A stretch of 62,802 bases of DNA, the filler included, from Dugesia japonica (Eukaryota), in assembly GCA_001938525.1 (NCBI GenBank). It is 6 parts of 6 records of this genome, joined end to end, with 100 filler letters (N's around TTAATTAATTAA, not from the genome) between each part and the next. Parts side by side here need not be neighbours in the genome. Positions count along the whole stretch, not along the records: positions 1 to 9,421 come from MQRL01573754.1; positions 9,522 to 23,887 come from MQRL01345879.1; 4 more parts are not named here. One strand, written 5' to 3'. Position numbers and translations under genes: made by a program. The notes below the pieces were generated by a model. The model was not told where the DNA came from. It searched no databases and saw nothing but the letters and a program-made list of their open reading frames with translations. Below are positions 1 to 13,270 of the stretch, one piece after another; positions within the stretch are counted from its first letter, which is position 1, and each line of letters starts with the position of its first letter.

Positions 1-508
1 TTTTCTGACATCCACTTTTGAGTTTTCCTGGTCGCGTGTGCTGGAGCTGAATCTTGTTGAAACACGTAAGGTTTCACAGCGGCAACTCTTTCTATTCAAG
101 GTTTTACGACAGTGGAAAGAATATTTTGATACATATGCTGATTCACCCTGATTCAATGAAATGTGGCGCCATAACATCACCTTCACTACTAACAACACTA
201 AAAACTATTAGGTATGCTGGAAATTTGATTTTCATGTCTCTGAGCACATTGTAAGGACTCAAAGCTAACCATCTGTTATTTTGCGTATTGTGTGCCTGAT
301 CCTGACAAAAATATTTCTCATCAGAAAAAATCACANNNNNNNNNNNNNNNNNNNNNNNNNNNNNNNNNNNNNNNNNNNNNNNNNNCAGTGGATGTTTAAT
401 CTTTTCCAAAAGTTTCTTGCTCTTCAACAGACGTCTCATTTTCAATTTTTTTGTTAGAAACTGTCCCTTCCGCATCTTATATGACTTGTATTTAATATCT
501 TCTTCCAT
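1..508 (-). mobile_element. Degenerate Tc1/mariner-superfamily transposase fragment (DD37D/maT-like), truncated by the window edge
   Basis: Minus-strand translation gives VIFSDEKYF..NTQNNRW, then VFSVVSSEGDVMAPHF, then after a stop/frameshift YVFQQDSAPAHATRKTQKWM. These are the first two catalytic Asp motifs of this group. Confidence 0.85.
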
Positions 509-1096
509 GCAGAGTCTTATAGTGATGTCGCAGGTGCCTTTCTATCGAGAAATCTCTTTTATTTATTATATGTTTTATATTACATATATATATATTATAT
601 TACATATATATATATATTAAACTTCATTTTATCTATGTTTCTACTTAATCAACCATAAAATCAAATATAAAAAATTATAGAAATTTTTAATAAATGAACT
701 TATAAAAATTTATTGTAAAAATATATACATTACAAAATAATGGGACGTAGTAAATTTTCTATTACTTGATAACATTTTATTATTGAATATTTATAAGTAC
801 CCAAATATACGTTGGCTTGCTCGAGTAAAAATTGCAAAACTACTCACGCATAAAATTTGTTTTGGTTGAAAATTTTTAAATTACAAATTTAGTTTGAATA
901 ATCCTTGTTTCAAATAAATATTTGGTTTTCTGGAGCTAAAGATTCTTATTATCAATAAAGAATGCTATGAATTTTTTAACGAATAAATAATTTTTACTTG
1001 AGCGAAATATCATGAAAATTAAAATAAGAATATTATAATTGATTACTTAAAAATATTTTTTGTGCAGAATTTAAAAAAGTATAATTCTTTAAAAAA

Positions 1097-1453
1097 CAGC
1101 ATGGAGATGTGAGCCTTCTGAGACAAAGACCTTCCTCTCAGGGGTATAAAAATTGTTTGATACGCACTAGTATATATGTGTATATATTAATGCGGCTCTA
1201 TCAAAAACCGGGAAGATAATATGAATGTGGCAAAGATTTAGTTTAAAAAATTTAATAGAATAACTGGATCTACTAGTAATTAATAATAATGAGTATTTTT
1301 AATGTTAATGTAAATATGTATAAATATTTTTAAAATAAAGTATAAAAATGAATTTTAAATAATAAACAATAAGGACATTTCTTTAATTGCGACTCTTGAA
1401 ATTTTGCTTTTAGGAATTACAACTCTTGTCGACAAAATGTCTGGTTACCATTG

Positions 1454-1489
<36 letters not shown>

Positions 1490-1690
1490 AAAAATAATTT
1501 AGTTTGAATAATCTTTGTTTCAAATAAATATTTGGTTTTCTGAAGCTAAAGATTCTAATTATCAATAAAGAATACTGTGAATTTATTAACGAAAAAAAAA
1601 TCATTTTCCTTGGTGGATACTGAGACACAGTAAAAAAGTTTTTACCCCCAGAGGAGGTCTTTGTTCCAGAGTGATCACATCTACCTACTG
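1097..1690. mobile_element. Putative MITE with ~65-bp imperfect terminal inverted repeats
   Basis: cagcatggagatgtgagccttctgagacaaagaccttcctctcaggggtataaaaa (1097-) matches the reverse complement of 1628-1690 (cagtaggtagatgtgatcactctggaacaaagacctcctctgggggtaaaaac). No coding capacity. Confidence 0.5.
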
Positions 1691-1986
1691 TTATAATTAA
1701 ATAGCGCTCATTTTAAAATAACATTTAAAAGAGTTTTTGCAATAAAATCATTAGGATATTTAATCATTTAATTATGTGTTACAAATAGTTTACAAATGTA
1801 TTTTTATTTTTATATATTCATCATTACGAAATCAATCTGAATATAAAATAATTCTTACTTATATTGTGGAGAATATTCCTTCTTTTTACGCTTCAGTATA
1901 CCGAAAGGAGTTCNNNNNNNNNNNNNNNNNNNNNNNNNNNNNNNNNNNNNNNNNNNNNNNNNNNNNNNNNNNNNNNNNNNNTTAAC

Positions 1987-3719
1987 CTTTGTCGGAGAAG
2001 ACTGTGACAATTTTCTTGACAATGAAAAGGCATCAAAATCAAAAAATGAGTTGTTAATCGAACCAGATGGATTATTAGTTAATCTTAATTCAAATTCTTC
2101 ATCGAAATTTGAATTTATTTCCATTCCCTCCAAATTCACATCAACTCGCGAATAAAGATATTCATATGCATTTGAAAGAATACTTTCCCAATCAGAAATA
2201 TTTTGCGACTTCTCTAATATATTTACTTTGACTTCAGACAATGTCTACAAATTCGTTTCAAAAAATTAATTATAATTATTATAAAACTACTTCAAAAAGT
2301 TTACTGATATAAGGTTGCAAAATTATATCAATATCTAAAAGGAGACTCTTGATAAGTGGATGCGGATATGCTGCCAGATCTGTAATAATGCCACTAATGA
2401 GCAAATTCATAAAAAATGTGTTTGAGGGAAGAGCACTTAGGCGTTGAAATATGGCACTGAGAAATGGTCCTACAATGATAAATTAGAAAAATATATTTGA
2501 ATTCATGTTTTATTTTTCTTTTCTAATACATTTAATCCTCTTAATGAATAATNNNNNNNNNNNNNNNNNNNNNNNNNNNNNNNNNNNNNNNNNNNNNNNN
2601 NNNNNNNNNNNNNNNNNNNNNNNNNNNNNNNNNNNNNNNNNNNNNNNNNNNNNNNNNNNNNNNNNNNNNNNNNNNNNNNNNNNNNNNNNNNNNNNNNNNN
2701 NNNNNNNNNNNNNNNNNNNNNNNNNNNNCTTATTGTTCAATTTAAAAGAAAATTAAGAATTAACTTTAGAAAAATATTTAAAATTAATTCTTTTTTTGAA
2801 AATAAAATAATGTTAAAATTAATAAATTTTAATCAACAAAAAAAATTTTAAAAAATTAAAATCCCTTATAATTTATAAAATTACATGTCGTACTATAAAA
2901 TCATTCCTTAAGCTTAATACTTTATTTCTACATCGAATCAGAATTCTAAACCTTTAAACAAAACATCAATGATTTGACATAAGTAAAATAGAATGAAATA
3001 CAGTCAAAACTTATTTTGTGCGGTCTTTTTTGTGAGATTTTTTGTGTGATTTTATTTTATGCGGTATATGAAAACTGGCATAAAAAAGACCGCACAAAAC
3101 AGGTTTGACTGTATCTAGCAATTCTTTTTAACAATTTTTTTTATAACTTAAACTAAATTTGATTTATGTAAAATATTCATCAATATTCATTTTCCATGAT
3201 TATTTATAATATGATGTCGAGCTAAACTCGAAAGAGAAGTTATAAGTATTTCAAAAAAAGAATTTTCCACTACTAAATTTGAAAAGTTTTAAAATTATAT
3301 CGCATTTTTATGGAAGAAATTTTATTTTAAAAATATAAATTAATATTAACCTAAATTAATAGGACAATTGAAAATGTTCGGAGAACATAGAATCGATTGA
3401 TCAAAAGACTGGAGACGCTGTTTGAAAATTACCTCATTAGTTGGAGTAGATCGACTGGGTGATTCATAATTTTCTTCAGAGCTTTCAACAGGTGAAACGC
3501 TGGTCAAACTTGATCTTCCGTACTCTCGATTTTCAACAATTCCATGATCAATGAGCAACAAAGTAACATTATCCCAATTTATATTCCAATCTATTTTCTG
3601 TTGAATGTCTAACAAATCTAAACTAACAAGAAAATCAGAAAAATTGCAGTCTTCATGTGTTGTTAGTAAAACATTATGCTCATTGATATCTTCATTCTAA
3701 ATCAGTAAAAAGAAACAAT

Positions 3720-3786
<67 letters not shown>

Positions 3787-3836
3787 NNNNNNNNNNNNNN
3801 NNNNNNNNNNNNNNNNNNNNNNNNNNNNNNNNNNNN

Positions 3837-3892
<56 letters not shown>

Positions 3893-6800
3893 TTAGTAAC
3901 CTTGTTAGACGACTCGATAAAAGATAAATTTTCTATTTCACTTTGATCTGAGATTTCATTAATAAATTCTGAATCTTGAGCTTCTTTAATTTGATAATCA
4001 AAATTAAAAAAGTTCAATTTGTATATTTTAGCGGTATCTACAGGCTGACAAAGAAATTCTATTTTTGACTTTGAATAATCATTAATCGACTCATTGTTAT
4101 CTGGTAAAACAAAATAAGACTGCTGGTTTGATATTGTACTTCCAGAGCCATTATTGGAGGAATAATAACCAACATCTTTAACTGGGTAATTTACAACTTG
4201 ATCATCAGTTGAAGACTCCGTATAATTGTTCTGATTTGATTCAACTGGAATATAAGGCTCTGTAATAGTTTCTTTCGATTCTTTAACATGGTGAGAAAAT
4301 TGGAATTTCTGATTCCATTGATCGTAAGAATTGTTGATTTCTTCAAAGATCTTTGGAGATGGATTTATGCCATCATAACTAAACTGCCAAGAATGAGAAG
4401 CAAGTATTCTACGATTGACATATAATGCAGCCGAATGGAGATATGAATGGAATGGGAAAATGAAGGAAAACCTTTGAAGATTTTTTATCACAACAGGATT
4501 TTGACTAGCTCGTCGTTGTTCCAAAGTTATGGATTCAAACCTTTTGTGAGACGTAGAACTAAGAATAAATAATAGATAATCAATCCATAATTTAATTAAA
4601 ATTCGACAAATTTTATTATAAAAAAATGGATTGATTTTAGCACCACTTAACAACTTCATAATGTTCCTGGATCAATTGTAGAATCTCTCCTGGGATAAAT
4701 TATATTGTTTGAAGATTATATATTGTAAATTATATAACGATATATAAATTTAAATAGAGTAAACAAGAAATTTTATTAAAAAATACATTTTATTATTTCT
4801 ATCAGATATTAAAAAGCTGTNNNNNNNNNNNNNNNNNNNNNNNNNNNNNNNNNNNNNNNNNNNNNNNNNNNNNNNNNNNNNNNNNNNNNNNNNNNNNNNN
4901 NNNNNNNNNNNNNNNNNNNNNNNNTTCCAAAGTGAATTGAGTGTAGACTCCAGCCAGAGGTTCGACAAAGTTTACTGAATGATTAACAGTTTTGTAAGCG
5001 AAACGAAGTCTTGGTATAGTTTTGTAAGACTTTCAGTTTTAAGTATAAATAACAGAACCTGAATTTAAAAACTAAACTAAAGTTTGCAAAAANTTTTTGC
5101 ATCTCTACCTTTTACAATCTTCATGTAGTTACCTGCAGAACTTAAACTCGTGTCAAAATAAACTAAAAATCCACAAAGATGAATTTAATGTTCGTCCGAT
5201 ATAATTTCTTTGCTTATGTAAAACGGAAGATTCGTCGGCCTCAAGAAAAATCCCAGAACCTCATAATAATACAGAATTTTTCGGAAGAAACTGAACTATG
5301 TTCCACAAAAAATACTGAAGAAATCTGCTTTAATTTTTTCTGATATTCAACTGTCATGGTGAATTTCTTTCTCCAATATTCTCAGTTCATAAATAAATAA
5401 CAAGGACTCAATATTCCAATCTCAAATTTGACTTGGAAAAAAATGCTAATTTACAAAATCTAATAAATGAAAACATGGCGACCAAAATGATCAGAAATTA
5501 TCAAAAATAAAATTATAGAATCATCTTTAAACTTGAAACAAGGATATTCTAAAATTGAAACAAGGATATTCTAAAATTGATCCATATTCTTACATATCTC
5601 AAGTGAAGACATTGTCTACAAATATTTAGAATATTATTTCGATAATTAAATGTGAAATTTTTTATTTTCAATTAAAAACGAGCTTTAGTGTTTTATAGTC
5701 GGAATTAAATATATATTTTTTAAAAAAAGTTGCCCCAACATCTTTTTACACAAGTTAGAACAAAAACTCTAATGTTTATCCAATTTGATCAACAGACTTT
5801 TATGAAAAAAGATCTTACTGATGTTATTGTGTTTCCTAGAAATTGATAATCATCATATACATTGTTTTTATTGTATGTTTAAAGCTTTACGCTTTATTAG
5901 AAATAAAGTGCTGATCATGTGAAATTATTTTATGTTGATACCTTCAATTTTTTTATAGTATTTATTACTATTCTATTTTCCAAATGTTCACTGCCGGTAT
6001 ACTTAACCACCACTGTTTTCACAAATGGTGTCACGACACAATAATGTGTCGTGAAAAATTTGCAAGTGTGTCGCGAAATTAGTTGAATATTTAATCAATA
6101 AAACATAATTATTACTAATAGTTAGAATCATTATTATTAAGTAAAGAGAATTCGTTTAATAAAAATTTTATTTTTAATCGGTACTAGAATATATCGTTTA
6201 CAATATAATTTACAATTTAAGCAAACTAATCAAAACGAACGTGAGCGACATATCAATCTGGAGCAAGCACAGATCGCGATTGAAATAACCTTGGAAACCC
6301 GAATTAATTAATCGATCTAGTGTAGTCCAGATTTCTCTCCAATTCATTGACACACCCACACGGTATATATCTATCCATTACACACACCCTCATATAATTC
6401 GTAATCTTATTATATTTCTGGGGCCACCCATATCCNNNNNNNNNNNNNNNNNNNNNNNNNNNNNNNNNNNNNNNNNNNNNNNNNNNNNNNNNNNNNNNNN
6501 NNNNNNNNNNNNNNNNNNNNNNNNNNNNNNNNNNNNNNNNNNNNNNNNNNNNNNNNNNNNNNNNNNNNNNNNNNNNNNNNNNNNNNNNNNNNNNNNNNNN
6601 NNNNNNNNNNNNNNNNNNNNNNNNNNTAGCCTCATTCCATTTTTTCTACAGCACTCATGAGCAAAATTATTCACGCCTTGTCACATGATTTCTTCTTATT
6701 GGTCAATATTTTGGAATTCAAAAACTTATGGAATCCAATTGATTATCTTTAAAATTCCTGTAATTTCCTTCTTGGTTGAGATATGATTTTCTAGCTTGAA

Positions 6801-9277
6801 TTTTTGAAATCTATGACGTTTTCTTGACCATGATTTTCTTATCCGCTGCTTTTTCCTTAATGGCAAATCTTCGTTTTTTTTAAAAATTAAATTCTTTTTA
6901 TAATAAATCATTTTAATTGGCATGATTTATTTTATTTAATAAATTAATTGTTAATTTTTATTTTCTTCTCAATTAATTTATTAATTAGATTGCCATTTTT
7001 CGTTTCCAAGCAGAAATTTAATCTAATTTAGGCGTTTCTTTCCATAAATCATCCATTTAAATTATTTCTTCCCTCTTTAATTATTAATTTTCTTTATTCT
7101 ACTTAATAAATTATTTGTTCCCGTTATTATTTGCCATTTTCTTTGTTTCCTAATTCTGCTGGTGTCTTTTGTCATTTTCTTTCTTATTTTGTATTCTCAT
7201 TTCCAAGTTGTTTCCTTTTTGTTTCAAGATTGCGTTGGTCATTGACCATGTTTAAATTCCCTATTCTTGATTTTCCATTAATTACTTCTTTCTATAACTG
7301 ATCTTTAACATCCTATTTTCCGAATTCTTTATTTTTCTTTCTGATATTTTCTTCTTCAATTTCGTCTCTACCTATCGTTATTATTATCATTATATATAAG
7401 GCGTTTTACCCCAACACTTTCAAAAGCAAAAAAAATTTATCGAAGTTTTAAATTTATTGAAAAGTAAATTAAAATTAAAATCATCTTCGTCAGGAATCTA
7501 CTTTTTTCAATAAATTTGTTATTTATCGTATCGTAATGAAAATTATTGAGGTTTTGATTATAATTTTCCACCTGTCTAAATTTAAACGGNTTTCCTTATT
7601 TCTATTATCAGATTTTAAATTGAAATTTAATTTTCATCAAGAAACTGATACCAAATTGCTCTCAAATAAATAAATCTAGTCAATAAAAAATATATTTACG
7701 AACAAGAAGAGTATGAAAATTAAACAAGAATCAAACAACTTTATTAGGTAATAAAACAGATGTTTCTAATAAACTGTCAAATTATTACATTTATAGAATA
7801 ATGATAAATTTTAATGTTTATTTTTGAATGTTAACAAATTCAAAACCGAATTGATAAAACTGATAAAACTAGAAACACGATTGGTAAACTAACAGTCATT
7901 TATAAATAAATGTAAATTATTACGAAGTAAAATTTTTCATATAATTAAGAATTAATAATTTTTCATAAAAGCTTTCAAAACTTTAACGTTGTCAAGTTTT
8001 CCACTAAATAATTTTTTTCTCTATTAAACGATATGTTCTTTACAACAGAAGAAACTTTGAAATAAAATTGTATTTCAAGTAAAAAGAAAATTTTCAAACA
8101 GGAAAAGATTGTCATTTTTCAACGTTACAATTATGTATTTTTATATAGAATCAGGAAAGCATACATCTTAATAAATTCAATAACAAATGAAACATACTTT
8201 TCACTACAATCAATAACAGAAAATTATGTAAATGATGAGAAACCGGTTCTAAAACAAGAAGATCTATAATGGTAGACATCAATGGAAAGTAATATTTAAA
8301 AAGAAAATATTGAATAAAGTTGATAAAAATGAAAATCAAATTGATATCAAATAAACAACAAGGAGTAAACAGTGAAGAAAATAAGTGAGAAAAAAGATCA
8401 ATACTGATTGGTAACCAACCGAATTAAAGAAAATGAATTTATCTGAGAGACACAAGTAACTGTATATATTATAAATTTTAATGAGAAAATTTCGATAAAT
8501 GTGAGATCGACGACGGTTGACATATCAAGTGAGAAGAAAATATCTAAAATACTAAAAAATAAGAGCAGACTAAATTATAGTAAAAAGACTCTAATTTGAG
8601 AATTTATATTTATTGGAAAATTATATCTGACCAATCAAGAAACCAATCAAAATATTATTTAATATGAAATTATTGCTTAAAGTTTCATTATTTACAATCT
8701 TAAATTTAACATTTCAACATTTATATTCATAAAATCTGACAATTTCTCCATCAAAAACTTATCAATCTTAGTGTAAAAGTTTAACAAAATGTTTACAAAA
8801 CCAATTGTTAAATAATAAAATATTTAATATTGTCGTCATATCTATGAAAAATAGAAAAAATCATTTCACCAGTGATTTTATAACAAAAATTCATTTAATT
8901 AAATAACATGAAAAATATTAAAGAAATGTTAGAATAAAGAGAAATTAAAATGAATTATATATCTCAAAATACTACAAATAAGACAAAATCGAAACTTTTC
9001 ACAAATTCGATCCTATTTTTAATAAAGCAAAATAAAAACTAACAAATTCGAAGTGATATTTTGATCTTCTGAATAAATACCCAGAGAAAGTTTAAGAAAT
9101 TGTTCAGCAGAATTTGACAGATTTTCATTGATTTTATTTGATATTTTTGAAGTTGGAGGACATTTAAAAATCTGTTTAACATCATCATTATTGTAATAAC
9201 TGATGTCTTCCGTACTCGACACTGGCGACAATTGGACCCACTTTTGTTTGATTAAATGATCACAAGGAATTAAATAT
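1987..9277 (-). CDS. FHIP1: FHF complex subunit FHIP / FAM160A-family protein, partial spliced gene
   Basis: Exons with GT/AG ends and consistent phase: 9277-9044 (YLIPCDHLIKQKW..SAEQFLKL), 4558-3901 (SYLHSAALYVNRRILASHSWQFSYDG), 3696-3351, 2469-2291 (GPFLSAIFQRLSALPSNTFFMNLLISGIITDLAAYPHPLIKSLLLD), 2244-1987 (TLSEVKVNI..ILSNAYEYLYSR). These match conserved FAM160A blocks (RYLIPCNH, WS..YDG, GPF..LF..L..N..VN.L.G....LA..P.PL). The 5' exons lie beyond the scaffold break. Confidence 0.85.
3001..3111. mobile_element. Tiny pogo/Tigger-like MITE in an FHIP intron
   Basis: ~30-bp TIRs (cagtcaaaacttattttgtgcggtctttttt / aaaaaagaccgcacaaaacaggtttgactg) flanked by TA on both sides. Confidence 0.8.
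3721..3890. repeat. (AAT)n microsatellite interrupted by a gap; similar tracts at 9335-9421 and 29769-29838
   Basis: Perfect trinucleotide runs in introns. They account for the poly-I/poly-L stretches in the ORF track. Confidence 0.95.
6627..7416 (-). mobile_element. Fragment starting with a TGTTGGGG terminus followed by A-rich sequence (LTR-like end)
   Basis: ccccaaca ends at 7416. The minus strand continues as purine/A-rich sequence like the 5' part of the element starting at 35689. Confidence 0.4.
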
Positions 9278-9345
9278 CTGTCACGAAAAATAATTTATAT
9301 AAGAAAAATTATCCAATAGTATTAATTTTAACAATATTATTATTA

Positions 9346-9381
<36 letters not shown>

Positions 9382-9384
9382 ATA

Positions 9385-9421
<37 letters not shown>

Positions 9422-9521
9422 NNNNNNNNNNNNNNNNNNNNNNNNNNNNNNNNNNNNNNNNNNNNTTAATTAATTAANNNNNNNNNNNNNNNNNNNNNNN
9501 NNNNNNNNNNNNNNNNNNNNN
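9422..9521. other. Artificial scaffold linker N44-TTAATTAATTAA-N44; also at 23888-23987, 32316-32415, 42031-42130, 53567-53665
   Basis: The same 12-mer, with stops in all six frames, is centred in a ~100-bp N run five times. Confidence 0.97.
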
Positions 9522-10182
9522 ATTTAACGGCCAAAGAAAACTTACTCAATTTCCATTCACAAATAACTATTTTATTGAAAACAATTTATTTTTAATGCAT
9601 ATTTGGTGCACCAATAAACTTTTTTTAAAAAAATACTTTAAAAAAACTTCAAAATAAATACATATTTCATATTTTAAAGTTTCCACGACAAAAAATAAAA
9701 CCGTGTCGAAACGCCTACTACGTTATTTTATTTTTTTCAAAAGTTTTGTGATTTTTTTCGTAAACTGATGTTATTCAACAATAATATTTAAATTGCTGAA
9801 TTAAATCAAGTGACATTCAAATAACACAAAATATTACATTACAAAATTTTAAAAAAGCTTGTCATACTCTTTTCAGACTGGGTCTCTAATAAGATTAAAG
9901 TTCAGTATAAATATCGTAATGTTCCGATCAGCCATTATCGAGAATCCATGAACTCAAAAAAATTTACATACACCAAGCAGACAGACACGTCCAATTAATG
10001 TTCATATTTTTGGACGAGTAGAGTGCTGAAAACTATAAATATCGTGTAATGTCGACGATTGACGATTTTCTAATACTCCATAAATATATTGTGTATTTAA
10101 AAATTTTTTTTCCTAAAGTACAAGTTATGAACGTTTTAAAAATTTTTTTTTATTTTTATCGATATAAAACATTGTAAAATGT

Positions 10183-10236
10183 ATTTTGGCGCCCTAGGTG
10201 GTTGACTAGTTCGCCTATATGGTAGAGCCACCACTG
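10183..10236. mobile_element. hAT-type transposon terminus
   Basis: ggcgccctaggtggttgactagttcgcctatatggtagagccaccactg; its reverse complement starts CAGTGGTGGCTCT, typical of hAT ends. No partner end was identified. Confidence 0.45.
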
Positions 10237-11662
10237 GGTACACTAATAATTAATCGGTATCTCCGAAATTAAATAATTCGTTTTAATCAATAATCCATGA
10301 CTGTAGTAAATTCCCTTCAGTATGTACACAAGTTTAATTTCAATCGGTCATCATGAATGCACTATCCCTATATTTAACATTTGCTGGATAATTAATGAGA
10401 GCATAAATTACTATAATAGTAACAATTTATCTATAAGCAGTAATACAAGATTTCTCATTTCAACAATAATCGTTTATGAGCAGCTGTAATGAAAAACAAG
10501 GTCTCGATAAATAATCATTCTCTCTTCAGTAATAATTATCTTTCAATAGTTAACCATATAATAATTCTTCTTTCAACAATAATCAGCTTTCAATAATTAA
10601 CCATTAGTCTCCATAATCTCATGAGGCAGGCGAATGATCTCTTGTTACATTTTATGCAAGAATATTAGTGAAAATAATGTTAATAATAAAATAAAATTAT
10701 TTAGTTTATTTTTACGAATTCCCGATAAATTATAATATTTGAATAGTGAGTTTTAAATGTTGATACTAATACTCGTAAAATTTGAAATTTTGTTTTTTTC
10801 GTAGTTTTTGTGAGAGTGTATTTATACTTTTTCTCTTTTCTTTATTACTTGCAGTTTGTGCAGTCCTCCGCGTGTTATTTTTCTGGAATCATTCCTCCAG
10901 AACTTTACCTTTTTTATTCTGCTCACTGTTTTCTATATTCACAATGGATTTGCTCACCCGGAGCGTTATGATATTATGTTAAAATTGTTCATGTGAGCTC
11001 ATATCTTAACGTTCCATTACATTTTGAATTCAAATTTGTGGATTGTCTGTTAATTTTTGACCGATGCTTAAGTTATCGTATGAGAACACAAATTGAATGA
11101 CTCCTGGTAACTCTTTATCTGCTGATAACTGTTGGCTGATTTCTTTTTTAAATTCAAATTGCACATAGTCATCAGTTTTTGTTGTAATAATAATAGTTAA
11201 TTCATAAGTACAGATTGATATAAATAATATTAACACAATTGATTATAAATAATACTATTTAACATCATAATCAAAATATTCCTAATAATAACTCGTTTTA
11301 TTAATTATATCATAACAATTGTTTATACTATAATTCCGATAACAGATATAATATTTTGTTGTAATTTGCTGACCATTCATTTTATTACTTACATTTTTAT
11401 CATAATATTCTTTTATTTTAATTTATTATTTTAATATGCAACACTATTAGTGATAATAACATTATGATATTTCTTTTTCTTTAACTATAATAATAATAAA
11501 ATTAATACTTTGTTTTAATCTACAATAATAACCTTTTTATAATTACAAATTTTTCAATAATTATAAATAATGACACCTTTGTTTTCTCTTAATAATTCTA
11601 ATAATAATCCCGATTTTCCGAATTTTTACTTCATTATAATAATAATCGCATTTTTATGATAT

Positions 11663-13270
11663 TGTTGGGTTTTTAGGATTTTGATGTTTATTCTTTTGCT
11701 AAATTCTCTGATCACATTTCATATTTAATATTTTCATCATTTCGAGGGGCATACTTAAAAACCACCAGCATTTGTGTCACCTCTGTGACATACCCCTATT
11801 TTCCACGGGTTCAGCGTGACTTTGTGGTATCGCGTCTTACTCATTAGATTTCTGAACCCTCACAGCAATCTTTCACTCATATGCTCAACATTTCTTATTT
11901 TTAAGACAAGAATAAACGACCAAAATAAAATTCTGCAAATGTAACGGCTCGATTTAAGTACACTATGTCAATATCAAACTTCGTTAATGATTCACAAGAT
12001 GCATAGTAAATGACGACCACAAAAATATCAAAATAACTCAACGACTTTCGGCTAATATTTATTTTCACATCAATCTTTGAATCCAGATCCACTGATACAC
12101 AATTGTCTTCAGCCTCTGTTGGCACGGATCTGTAATTTAGCCACATCGTTCGGAGGGTAGCGAACATTGAATTCTCACGATCTGCGTACGTTTTGATTAC
12201 GTCCGCCATGAGCCTATTAGCAAGTTGAAGGGACAGCTCTTTCTCCCTGAGCTGTTCATATTTAGAAGTCTGTTTCACTGCCGGCCCCTTCAATCTTAAT
12301 ACTTCGTCTCAGAGTTCCCTGCGCTCCTCCTTCCATCGTTTCTGCATTGTGATCACTTTTTTTCTTGAAACTGTTTCTTCATCACTTTTATTCACTGAAA
12401 TATAAACGCCGATTATAATAATTATGCCATAAGATAAAGTTGTATAAATAAATTTGATGTAAAATTATTTTAATCGTTGCAACCTCTATCAACATAAATA
12501 AATCGGTCACTCAATTTTATTATCATAACTTATATTTTACAATTTCTATTTATTTAAATAGGAGTCTAAATTATAATAATAAAATGAACAGTCCAAAATT
12601 ATGACATACACATCACCTGGCGTATTCACAACCAAAAGACTAACAACTCAATTAACACAAATATTTATTTTTTGCACATTGTTCATTTAAAACCTTCCTC
12701 AACTGGCCGCTCTACATCTAGGCCCGTCACTTCTCGTATGATCTGTCGTTCTTCGGCTTCGGCGATGGCCTCGTTCGTATTAGCAAGAGATCTTATATTT
12801 GTTATCTGGATAGGATTGTTAGATATCTCCTCTTTGAGCAATTTTATCTGTGATAGAAAGATCGAGAGATCGAATCAGTGGGTTTTTATGACCAGCCATT
12901 TCATTGTCTACTTCCAAATTAATTATCATGTCGCGAGTAACTTTGACCTCGTTTCCCAGCATCTCTCGCACCTCGGACCATTCAATATAATATCTTCCCG
13001 ATTCGTCGATATAGGGTCAGATATAGGAGGTCTCTTAAGCATTTTTTTTTGTTTGGGAATCTATGTTATTTAAGTTAAATAATGGTTATAAATTAAAATT
13101 CGAGAAAGCTGAAGGAAAATTAAAATTTTATGAATTATTGGTTCGGTTTCTTCGGCCTGTGGCCTATCAGTTCTTCTTCCCTGCCCCTGACGTGCGAACC
13201 AGAGAAGATGACGACTCGACATCGCCATCTTTTCTCGTTACCATGTTTGTGGAGCTCTCGAACGATATTC
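11663..13270 (-). mobile_element. 3' part of a TGTTGGG/CCCAACA-terminated element carrying a decayed spliced coiled-coil gene (relative of 35689-39713)
   Basis: Terminus at 11663. Subterminal DNA similarity to 39520-39713. Exon 12394-~12000 (EQLREKELSLQLANRLMADVIKTYADRENSMFATLRT) is similar to 39116-39415. Upstream exon ~13060-12694 has in-frame stops. GT-AG intron 12693-12395. Confidence 0.7.

Noticed and set aside
3697-3900. Poly-Ile/poly-Leu tail of ORF 3697-4659 (and ORF 29728-29916)
   Set aside because: Read-through into intronic (AAT)n microsatellites.
4925-5460. Possible LINE or piggyBac relic (FFAYVKRK, SELSVD)
   Set aside because: Only isolated short motifs; no continuous alignment can be supported by eye.
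6011-6080. hAT-like end with gtcacgacaca/tgtgtcgtga palindromes
   Set aside because: No partner end or TSD found.
6259-6271. gagcaagcaca motif recurring at ~6260, ~16017 and ~41894 in repeat-like DNA
   Set aside because: Only 11 bp with no extended flanking similarity visible; not enough to call a shared element.
10810-11236. Exon-like minus-strand stretch (DYVQFEFKKEISQQL..VIQFVFSY)
   Set aside because: No recognisable family and the frames are interrupted.
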